Shown: in pieces, positions 8,146 to 15,125 of the stretch
Layout of the letters: each line of letters begins with the position of its first letter
Position numbering within the stretch: position 1 is the first letter of the stretch
Origin: Candidatus Woesebacteria bacterium
GTDB taxonomy: Bacteria > Patescibacteriota > Microgenomatia > UBA1400 > PJMF01
Length of the DNA: 18,173 nucleotides
Reading direction: 5' to 3'
NCBI GenBank assembly: GCA_035341315.1
Contig: DAOQVB010000014.1
Span: forward strand, 1-18,173
Notes under the pieces: generated by a model
Database searches by the model: none
What the model was told of the DNA's origin: nothing
Seen by the model: the letters and a program-made list of their open reading frames with translations, nothing else
Made by a program: the position numbers and the translations under genes

Positions 8146-8306
8146 TAACCGAAGGGTTGTAGGTTCGAATCCTACCGGGGGAGCCATCAGTGTGGGTTGC
8201 TAAAAAATACTAGTTCTATAGATCGTATTCACTGCAAATAACTTAATAACCTACGCGGATTGATTGATTCTGCAAATACCCATGATAACCAATATAATAG
8301 AAAGGC

Positions 8307-8609
8307 ATGAATAATATTGAAGAGATTTACATATATTTCGGAGTAGATAAATATGCCGCTTCACTTGATAAACAAGTGGATGCATCGAAAGTTGAGCAGT
8401 TAAACAGGATAATCACAAAATATATTCTGTCGAAGGCAATAGAAGATGTTCCCCGAGAAAAACTTATCATATTTGACACGATCGATTTCAAAAACGAAAG
8501 TATGTTAGTATTATTCTTATCAAAACACATTCCAAATTTTTCAAAGAGACTTATTAACTATGGAAATGATTTCAGAAGAGATTTTTCAACCACCGGAATC
8601 GTCTCCTAA
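8307..8609 (+). CDS. Hypothetical small protein (100 aa) in the AT-rich region after the tRNA
   Basis: ORF only. Very AT-rich. It overlaps the 5' extension of the next ORF. No motif. Confidence 0.3.
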   Translation: MNNIEEIYIYFGVDKYAASLDKQVDASKVEQLNRIITKYILSKAIEDVPREKLIIFDTIDFKNESMLVLFLSKHIPNFSKRLINYGNDFRRDFSTTGIVS

Positions 8610-9402
8610 TCTGGATGCAATAGAGCAACAAGTTGACTTTGCAATTGCAACCAAGTCAAATATCAAAAAGCGTATTGTTACTAGACTAGCAATGACCGTG
8701 CTTGTTGGAGCACTGTTTCTCTCTGCGTGCTCCACTGTGGAGACACAGGGAAATCCGCCACCACAGTACGCATCTGCGACTGAGTTTGCTCGAACGCCAA
8801 TCGCTTTGTCAGAAGAATCTTCGCACACATATTCACCCGATCGAGTTATTTTTGAGCCCTATAAGGAACTAGCACCATATGCTATCAATCTTCCAGCACA
8901 GCTGAAAGAAGACTTGGTAAAAGTCATTTGGCATGCGTTGCAGAACAACGCAGCAACAAATATTGACCCTGACGATTTATTTCATTGTCATGTTTTAATG
9001 ACTCAGGAGAAATATAAGCAAAACTATGATATTGATGTATATGAAGGCACATTATCCGGGTGGCTAAACGGTTATGCTCAAGATTATTCGGGATTACTGT
9101 GCCATTCTCAAGAATACGCCAATAAAGGAGCGGACCCACAGAAACGTAATATTGTAGTCATGAAGGGCCAAGAACCTTTTATTCCTTTGGCTACGGCAGG
9201 AGAAGGAATATCCATTCCTGAATTGGATGACATGATGGGGGGTAGTAGAATCGGCGTACTTCAATTACATTTTTATATTACCCCAGACGGTAAAATTAAG
9301 CTTCCAGATGGAAGACGAATTGATGTTGTAGTTGAGTCCCCTGGCGTATACACGTCTTTGCGTACGAAAATGAGCGTTGACTTACCTAGTGTGACAGAAT
9401 AG
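8560..9402 (+). CDS. Hypothetical lipoprotein
   Basis: Contains KKRIVTRLAMTVLVGALFLSACST, a signal peptide with lipobox L-S-A-C. The true start is probably the internal Met near 8692, and the 8560 start would give a 36-aa N-extension. No recognisable domain. Confidence 0.6.
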   Translation: MEMISEEIFQPPESSPNLDAIEQQVDFAIATKSNIKKRIVTRLAMTVLVGALFLSACSTVETQGNPPPQYASATEFARTPIALSEESSHTYSPDRVIFEPYKELAPYAINLPAQLKEDLVKVIWHALQNNAATNIDPDDLFHCHVLMTQEKYKQNYDIDVYEGTLSGWLNGYAQDYSGLLCHSQEYANKGADPQKRNIVVMKGQEPFIPLATAGEGISIPELDDMMGGSRIGVLQLHFYITPDGKIKLPDGRRIDVVVESPGVYTSLRTKMSVDLPSVTE

Positions 9403-9775
9403 TGTGTATAAGCTAAAAATAGTTGAAGGGGCAGAACATACATTTAGAGATCCTTCGCATTTAAGTCAAATCAGAGAAATAGTCAAAAATTGGATGAGAA
9501 GAATTACCTAAAACAACTCCTAATTTGGTTTGTAAATGGAAAACTAACCTCAACAGACAACGGGTACAGGTTTTATTTGTGTTAGTAAGTTCGTGTAGTG
9601 ATACCCATTCGGGCACACGTCTGTTGGGATGGGGTTTTTCACATAGATAGATATAGCAATATAAAATAGCCTTTAGACACCCCTCCCAGTAGGATGACGA
9701 TTATCAATTGCCAAGATTATCTGTTACTATTATTGCTGTTGAAACAAACCAAATTAGAAGTAGCTTATTGTTTAT

Positions 9776-10768
9776 ATGGTTGAAAACGCCGCTTTAAATC
9801 CTCATCTTCGGTTCGTGGGAGTGCCTGAGAGTTCTCCTTGGATAAAGGGAATCAGAGATGTTGCAGACCAAATAGTTGAAGCATCGCAAGAAGAAGGTAT
9901 GATAGAAATAGATATTGATGATTCTGATGTGCTTCGGGAAGTTAAACAACTGCTCACCGCTCATTTTTCTAACTTAAATCTTGAAGAGGCCATGTTGTTG
10001 CCAAATCATGTGTTTATGGCTCCCGGTACCAGCAATAAAGGACATGGAATTCCATTTGTTGGAGCTACATCTGATGATGGATCTATACTTGTTTTTGAAT
10101 ATTCGCCTACTTTAGAGACAGAGGAGTATAGGGACTGGAATGAACTCTTAAGAACATCAATTATCGCTCATGAAATGTATCATGCTACCGCTCCGACAAT
10201 TTTTGCACCAGTTTGGAATGGAGTGGCTAGAGAGAGTTCTGGGCTGAATTACGCAAAAAAACCTGGAGCTGTAGAAGAAGGTCTTGCTACACGATTTCAA
10301 ATTGAAGCATATACAATTATCGCTAGACACTTCAGGATATCAGGGAACATGTTTCAATTCTATCGAAATAATCTTGAAGGATTTAATGACAGAGCAAAAG
10401 ATCTTATTTATTTGAGAGGTATAGACGAAGAGGGAGGAGCAATACCTGCCTTCTTACCTTATAAGGACTCCTATGTATTGGTTGATTGGTTGATCAATGG
10501 TGGAAGTGATTTAATTGAAATCCTAAGCCCCCAATTCAGAGCCAAATATGAGAAGTTGTTTAGGGATTTTTCAGGAATTCAAGGTATGGAAAAATTAATG
10601 GAAGGTGCAAGACTTAAAAAGCATACACTTGCTTTTGCCAAAAAGATTGAAGGAGTATTTGGCGCTGGTTCTTTTAGGGAATTAGTGACTTCAGATAGCA
10701 CACAAGCTGAGGCGCTTCTAGGCAGACTGCTTGACAGACTCGCCGAGAGCAAAAGAGTTGTTACCTAG
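9776..10768 (+). CDS. Hypothetical protein with an HExxH motif (putative zinc metallopeptidase-like)
   Basis: 330-aa ORF. IIAHEMYHATAP contains HEMYH. The acidic EEGLA stretch about 35 aa downstream could supply the third zinc ligand, as in gluzincins. It is preceded by a 370-nt AT-rich non-coding stretch. Confidence 0.55.
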   Translation: MVENAALNPHLRFVGVPESSPWIKGIRDVADQIVEASQEEGMIEIDIDDSDVLREVKQLLTAHFSNLNLEEAMLLPNHVFMAPGTSNKGHGIPFVGATSDDGSILVFEYSPTLETEEYRDWNELLRTSIIAHEMYHATAPTIFAPVWNGVARESSGLNYAKKPGAVEEGLATRFQIEAYTIIARHFRISGNMFQFYRNNLEGFNDRAKDLIYLRGIDEEGGAIPAFLPYKDSYVLVDWLINGGSDLIEILSPQFRAKYEKLFRDFSGIQGMEKLMEGARLKKHTLAFAKKIEGVFGAGSFRELVTSDSTQAEALLGRLLDRLAESKRVVT

Positions 10769-10835
10769 TTAAATCCTGGATTGAATTGTTGCTGTAGCTC
10801 TAAGTCAGTTTATGTGCAAGTTTTGTTATGGATAA

Positions 10836-11339
10836 TTATTTGATTTCAACTTCACCATTTTTCTCCGCTGACAACAAAGTATCTATTTGGTTTGTCAAGG
10901 TTTCCAGAAAAGCGACGCGCTTGGAGATTGCTGTCTCAATTAGAGAAACAAGTGGCTGATCATCAAAGCCTTCCAATTCACCATAGTGTCTCGCCATAGC
11001 TATCCCGCTTTCGAAGTTTCGTAACAGCGATACATCGTATGAGATCAGAAAGTGGATAGTTTTGAGATCGTCAATCTCAATATCAGCACCATTGGCTCTC
11101 TCAACGAATTGATCAAATATTTGGTCTAAAACTTCAAAGTTTGGTGCGTTCCGTCTCAGCCAATTAGGGAGGCCTGCTGACTCTGGCATTAGCTCCCTTT
11201 TCCCATAAAGCAGGTCATCGAAATTAACGCGTTTGACTCGATTTACCAAAACACCATCAACGGAGTGAACACCTAATTCATTATCGCCCATAGCTTCCTT
11301 TCGCTTGCTAACCACTAATTGTAACATTTTTATTGTCAA
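10836..11339 (-). CDS. Hypothetical protein (167 aa)
   Basis: ORF convergent with the HExxH gene. Acidic. No motif recognised. Confidence 0.5.
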   Translation of the reverse strand: MTIKMLQLVVSKRKEAMGDNELGVHSVDGVLVNRVKRVNFDDLLYGKRELMPESAGLPNWLRRNAPNFEVLDQIFDQFVERANGADIEIDDLKTIHFLISYDVSLLRNFESGIAMARHYGELEGFDDQPLVSLIETAISKRVAFLETLTNQIDTLLSAEKNGEVEIK

Positions 11340-11482
11340 ACATAGCTTGGTATATTAGCAGGCATCTGATAAAGAAAGCATCCAAAATCACCTGTTTGCA
11401 CATATCAGTTTGAAAAGTAGGATCGTCCCATAACAAGTTTCCACACTTTTCCTCTTCAGATCAGATTAGTTCGTATAGTGAC

Positions 11483-11506
11483 CCCGACTTTCGCGAAAGG
11501 CGGGGT
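11483..11506. other. GC-rich imperfect hairpin in an AT-rich divergent intergenic region
   Basis: ACCCCG-a-CTTT-cgcg-AAAG-g-CGGGGT. About 10 bp of stem with a CGCG loop. No U-tract follows on either strand, so it is not a canonical intrinsic terminator. Confidence 0.4.
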
Positions 11507-11694
11507 AGACCTGATCGTGAAGAATAGTCCTATAACATTGACAATACTCTTGAATGATGTTATTATAAAAGCATCAAAAATGATCAGGAAGCCAGATGCT
11601 ACCAACGCGGTAGATTGTTTGGCGATTTTTCACTTTTGTAGCACTTTAATATCATAAAAGTATGTTGTTATAGAGATTTAATTTTCACTTTACT

Positions 11695-11745
11695 CAAGAC
11701 TGACAATGAATGCATATATTATATGTGCCTTTTTCGTCAGTCTTG
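11695..11745. promoter_or_regulatory. Perfect 10-bp inverted repeat CAAGACTGAC ... GTCAGTCTTG with a 31-nt spacer, upstream of the SPFH-like lipoprotein gene
   Basis: Direct reading: 11695-11704 and 11736-11745 are exact reverse complements. It lies about 100 nt upstream of the ATG at 11844. Candidate operator or RNA stem. Confidence 0.4.
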
Positions 11746-11843
11746 AACTGATTGGGCGACTCTGTGTCTTGGCCCAGTACCCATGGAGGTACAAGTTGAC
11801 ACAAATCGAAGACCGATTCAACTTTTCAATTAGGAGAACAAAC

Positions 11844-12992
11844 ATGTCTACGTTTAGGAAGTTTGGATGGTTGCTCGTTCTGAGCATGACGGTGGTGGTA
11901 CTGCTCTCGGCATGTAGCGGGACGGAACCTATTGTCTCAGCGGGCCAGGTAGCGGTAAAGCTGAATCCAGCTTTTCTGCCTGGCGGCAACGAACCCCGCT
12001 ACACCTCGGTGATAACGGCGGGGAATCGGTACGATGTGAACGACAAGGGTTATGAGCTCAAAAAAATTCTTATCGTTCCTGAAGGAAAGCTGGGTTGGGA
12101 TGGCACGAGGAACCTGTTGCCCGGGCCATACCCCAACCTAGCGGAAGGAGATATCACCATCTTTCGTGATATGACTGTGATCACGACAGGCTGGATTGCT
12201 GTCCACAGTACCGGAGACGGAACTTACCAGGCTTTGCAACCTGGTCGTCATGCTGTTCCGCTGGAAGAGGTGATACGAATCCCTACCGGCAGTCTTCGCT
12301 ATCGGACGTTGGCGTCAGAACTGCTGCCTGACGAGAATGCTTGTGAATCGTTCAAGTGCGAAACTTCTATCACGCGAGCATCTGTCTCCGGCAGTCAAGT
12401 GGAGGCAACAGTCGATGTGGATGTCCTGTTCCACTTCGATACAACTGACCCACAAGCACTCTGGAAGTTACAAGATTTAGAAGTAGCAGTACAGAACTTT
12501 GTGGGTTCTACACTTCGAGGAAGTCGGGCTGCCAGTTCACCATTTACTATCGAACAACTTAAAACACAGGCTGGTAGAGAGGCGCTTCAGGAAGCTTATC
12601 TACAGCCGCTTAAGGCTTCAACAGCAGCCACTCCGATCATTGTGGACCAAGTTCTGGTCCGCAGCATTACCTTTGGGGATGAGGCCTGGAGACAGGCTCA
12701 GCTCCAACGGGAGCAGGAGTTGGCGGTCGAGCAGAACCAGGCTGCGCTGTTGCAGGAGCAACAGAAAAACCTGGCGGCAGAGAACAAATTGAAGGCGGAG
12801 CGGGCAGCGTTTGCCCGAGAGCAGGCGCTTTTGGACGCGGACAATCGCGTGCAGGTGGCGCAGAAGCTACTGACTGCCTACTCAACATCTGATTGGAGGA
12901 TCCTATGGGTTCTCATGTACGGTGAGCAAGTCCCGCCTTTCATGAACGCCGATGGCAACCTCAGCCAGCAGCCGGAATTACTCCGGCCGTAA
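11844..12992 (+). CDS. Lipoprotein with an SPFH/band-7 (stomatin/prohibitin/HflKC-like) domain and a C-terminal coiled coil. The GC-rich gene looks horizontally acquired
   Basis: TAGGAGA Shine-Dalgarno 8 nt before ATG 11844. The ORF track extends to 11706, but that extension lacks an RBS and is low-GC. Signal peptide plus lipobox MSTFRKFGWLLVLSMTVVVLLSAC. IIVDQVLVRSITFGDEAWRQAQLQREQELAVEQNQAALLQEQQKNLAAEN fits the SPFH C-terminal consensus (I.V..V.I..I ... A.Q.AERE ... AEGE-like). GC content is visibly about 55%, against about 40% in the flanks. Confidence 0.65.
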   Translation: MSTFRKFGWLLVLSMTVVVLLSACSGTEPIVSAGQVAVKLNPAFLPGGNEPRYTSVITAGNRYDVNDKGYELKKILIVPEGKLGWDGTRNLLPGPYPNLAEGDITIFRDMTVITTGWIAVHSTGDGTYQALQPGRHAVPLEEVIRIPTGSLRYRTLASELLPDENACESFKCETSITRASVSGSQVEATVDVDVLFHFDTTDPQALWKLQDLEVAVQNFVGSTLRGSRAASSPFTIEQLKTQAGREALQEAYLQPLKASTAATPIIVDQVLVRSITFGDEAWRQAQLQREQELAVEQNQAALLQEQQKNLAAENKLKAERAAFAREQALLDADNRVQVAQKLLTAYSTSDWRILWVLMYGEQVPPFMNADGNLSQQPELLRP

Positions 12993-13018
12993 CAACAACT
13001 TTTTTGATACAAGTGCTG

Positions 13019-13050
13019 AAGCTGCGGAACACCCGTTCCGCAGCTTTTAG
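13019..13050 (+). terminator. Rho-independent terminator of the SPFH-like gene
   Basis: AAGCTGCGGAAC-ACCC-GTTCCGCAGCTT followed by TT. A 12-bp perfect stem with a 4-nt loop and a T-run, 27 nt after the stop codon. Confidence 0.7.
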
Positions 13051-13122
13051 CCTCTACGGATGTGTGTCCGTACTGATGAGTCCAAAAGGACGAAAGGGAT
13101 TTGACACGAAAAGGTTGAAAGT

Positions 13123-14349
13123 TCAAATATGCGGGATTGTTTTTATATTCATAACCCAATTTTTCCAAGTTGTAATCTCGCTAGCAGTAAATGATTCATT
13201 TGGAGAGCGTTTAAATATTTCGAAATGGTCAACATAATAATTTCCAATTTCTAGTGATTGAAAGTTTAACGCAAAAACACCTCTTTGATTGTCTCTCCAA
13301 ACTCGAACTTTTGCATCTTCTCCAAATTTATTTATTTTTTCGTCGGTATATGTACATCCACTTCCATCATCCTCCCAAGGGCACAATCCTCCAGCTGCAC
13401 TGGTAAATGAATACTCGCTGTTTGCTGTTTTCACTGTCTGCTCATATACATCCATGCCCTTAATTTTTCTTTCAGTCTGGACGACTGATGCATTAGCTCC
13501 TAAGTCAATGATGATGTCCACAGATGCTACCCCTGGGATAGTATTTCCCTTATCGTCGTACTGCTGAACATTTTTCGCAACTTCAAGAATTGAGGTTGTT
13601 GGTTGATTATTTGCCGTCAAATTAGTAGTAAGTTTAACTGAAGAAAGGATTTGATTGAGATAGGTTTTGGCGATACTTTTGTCACTTAGCGGGTAGTCAT
13701 AGCTTATGTGTAGTTGATTCAGTGGTAGGCCGTCAGTTGTATCTTCAAGTGGTATCAGCACATACGTATTCCCACGATTGGCATACTCTTCGGGTTTATC
13801 ACACATTTCTGATGGTCCAACGCCATCTGCTGTTTCTGCGTTTTTAGTACCAACTACAATTGTCTGTTTTTCACCATATATATAACAATAACCAAATCCA
13901 GTAACTCGCCAAACACTAACATTGATTGTGTGACCCTCGGGGATGTTGGTGAACGTTAACTGAGGATCTTGGTTGGAACTTGATTTGTCATTCACTTGCC
14001 AGCTTTGTGGATAAGAAAAACTAAATCTACTCTTCGGGTCAGTGTATGTTCGCGACTCAGGTGCGGTGGCTGTGGGGGACAGAGTAGCAGAAGTAGGAGG
14101 GGTAGTTGGTGTTGAGGGTTGTAAACCAATTTTTTGGTTTTGAGTGAAGAGTTGGTAGCCAAGTGCAATGGCAACTCCCACTGCAACGATAAGCAAAGTA
14201 GTAAGAACAAGTGTAATTTTTGACTGATTTTTAGGTGGCTGGAGGAGCAGTTCATTTTCCAACTGATCGTTGCTGGGAGGAAAGTCTTGATTATTCATAC
14301 GCTCTAGCTTATCAGAAATGATCCACCTTAGTCCAATAGGGTGAGGCAA
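13123..14349 (-). CDS. Membrane-anchored protein with a Pro/Thr-rich linker and a large extracytoplasmic domain
   Basis: N-terminal TM segment ITLVLTTLLIVAVGVAIALGY. Linker QPSTPTTPPTSATLSPTATAP. About 300-aa C-terminal domain with no recognised motif. The start could be the internal Met MNNQDF. Confidence 0.6.
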   Translation of the reverse strand: MPHPIGLRWIISDKLERMNNQDFPPSNDQLENELLLQPPKNQSKITLVLTTLLIVAVGVAIALGYQLFTQNQKIGLQPSTPTTPPTSATLSPTATAPESRTYTDPKSRFSFSYPQSWQVNDKSSSNQDPQLTFTNIPEGHTINVSVWRVTGFGYCYIYGEKQTIVVGTKNAETADGVGPSEMCDKPEEYANRGNTYVLIPLEDTTDGLPLNQLHISYDYPLSDKSIAKTYLNQILSSVKLTTNLTANNQPTTSILEVAKNVQQYDDKGNTIPGVASVDIIIDLGANASVVQTERKIKGMDVYEQTVKTANSEYSFTSAAGGLCPWEDDGSGCTYTDEKINKFGEDAKVRVWRDNQRGVFALNFQSLEIGNYYVDHFEIFKRSPNESFTASEITTWKNWVMNIKTIPHI

Positions 14350-14431
14350 TTTTGAGTAACAGCGACTAACACTTTATTAAACGAGTTTGCAGAAAAATTA
14401 TTGAGTGGATTGGGCGCCTGTAAAGTCAATT

Positions 14432-14471
14432 TTTTATTTGTGTCTGTGAAAAATCTTGTATAATCGACTCT
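14432..14471 (+). promoter_or_regulatory. Putative sigma-70-like promoter: TTTGTG, 16-nt spacer, TATAAT. The -10 lies only 7 nt before the ATG, which suggests a leaderless transcript
   Basis: TATAAT at 14459-14464 and ATG at 14472. No Shine-Dalgarno sequence is possible in a 7-nt leader. Confidence 0.35.
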
Positions 14472-14816
14472 ATGCCTGAAGTTGCTCCCAGTCGCACAGA
14501 TAGCTATCCATTTCAATACAGACCAAGAGATATTCAAGTTATAGCCGAGATGATTGCTGATGGCAGTTCTATTTCTGTGACGGTAAGCTCTCGTGCACAT
14601 GCTGAAGATTTGGTAGAACGTATTAAGAACCATCTTTCTCAGTTAGATGCTGCACAGCCAATTGTTCTTTCTTTAAATTCACCTGCCTTAGAGGCAGATA
14701 TAGCCAGAGTAGTCGATATAGCAATGAATAGTCAAGGTTTTCCGAGTGCATTTAAGCAACAACATCCGGAGTATTACGTTTGGGTTAATGCTGATCACAT
14801 ACTAAATACTGTTTAG
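14472..14816 (+). CDS. Hypothetical small protein (114 aa)
   Basis: ORF divergent from the 13123..14349 gene. No motif recognised. Confidence 0.45.
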   Translation: MPEVAPSRTDSYPFQYRPRDIQVIAEMIADGSSISVTVSSRAHAEDLVERIKNHLSQLDAAQPIVLSLNSPALEADIARVVDIAMNSQGFPSAFKQQHPEYYVWVNADHILNTV

Positions 14817-15125
14817 CTGCAGAACTTTCTAGAATCAGCAAATACACAAGGTGTATTTTCATTTTTGACCACCCGTATGAATTTTCAAGTTTACCTTCTG
14901 CTTTAAAATATGCGCTGGGGGCTGAGGTCGACAGAAATATCACGCTCAATGAAGCAGTGTCAAGCTCGTGAATGGATTCTAAATTGAGCTGTGTTTGCCG
15001 CATCCAGCTTTTTGATTCCCACTTTCTGACTATTGCGTTCTTCGTACAACACTGCAGTATTTGCTACTGCTTGCTAGATCTATAGGGACCAGAATAAGTG
15101 GTAGTAAGCAGTGGCTTGGGCCGCA

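Larger units (their letters stand above)
7563..8186 (+). tRNA. tRNA gene interrupted in the anticodon loop by a group I intron. Most likely tRNA-Asn(GUU); tRNA-Thr(UGU) is the alternative splice assignment
   Basis: 5' exon: TCCCCTG-TA-GCTC-AATGGCA-GAGC-A-TTCGG-CTGT (7563..7596). 3' exon: TAA-CCGAA-GGGTT-GTAGG-TTCGAAT-CCTAC-CGGGGGA-G-CCA (8146..8186). Acceptor stem has 6 Watson-Crick pairs and 1 G-U. The D, anticodon and T stems pair. The GTTCGAATCC T-loop is present and CCA is encoded. The spliced loop CUGUUAA, U1-A72 and discriminator G73 match bacterial tRNA-Asn. Because the TGTA tetramer occurs at both junctions, a splice two bases earlier would give a CUUGUAA loop (Thr-UGU). Confidence 0.75.

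Noticed and set aside
8187-8560. Searched by eye for CRISPR-like regular repeats, IS inverted repeats, or an integrase or att direct repeat next to the tRNA
   Set aside because: No periodic repeat-spacer structure, no transposase-like ORF and no obvious copy of the tRNA 3' end were found in the window. Absence by eye is not proof.
9604-9639. CCCAT...ATGGG stem followed by GTTTTT, a possible terminator or sRNA 3' end
   Set aside because: Only a 5-bp stem with a 20-nt loop, about 200 nt beyond the upstream gene. Too weak to call without folding energies.
11706-11843. 46-codon N-terminal extension of the SPFH-like ORF as given in the ORF track
   Set aside because: The extension is low-GC, lacks an RBS and precedes a perfect TAGGAGA-N8-ATG start with a lipoprotein signal peptide. 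The 11844 start is preferred.
12499-12888. ORFs 12499..12792 (+) and 12667..12888 (-) inside the SPFH-like gene
   Set aside because: Shadow ORFs in a GC-rich coding region. They have Arg- and Pro-rich low-complexity translations typical of off-frame GC-rich DNA.
15064-15109. ACTGCTT...AAGCAGT inverted repeat between the convergent 114-aa and ABC-F genes
   Set aside because: 7-bp stem with a 32-nt loop and no T-run. Not a convincing bidirectional terminator.
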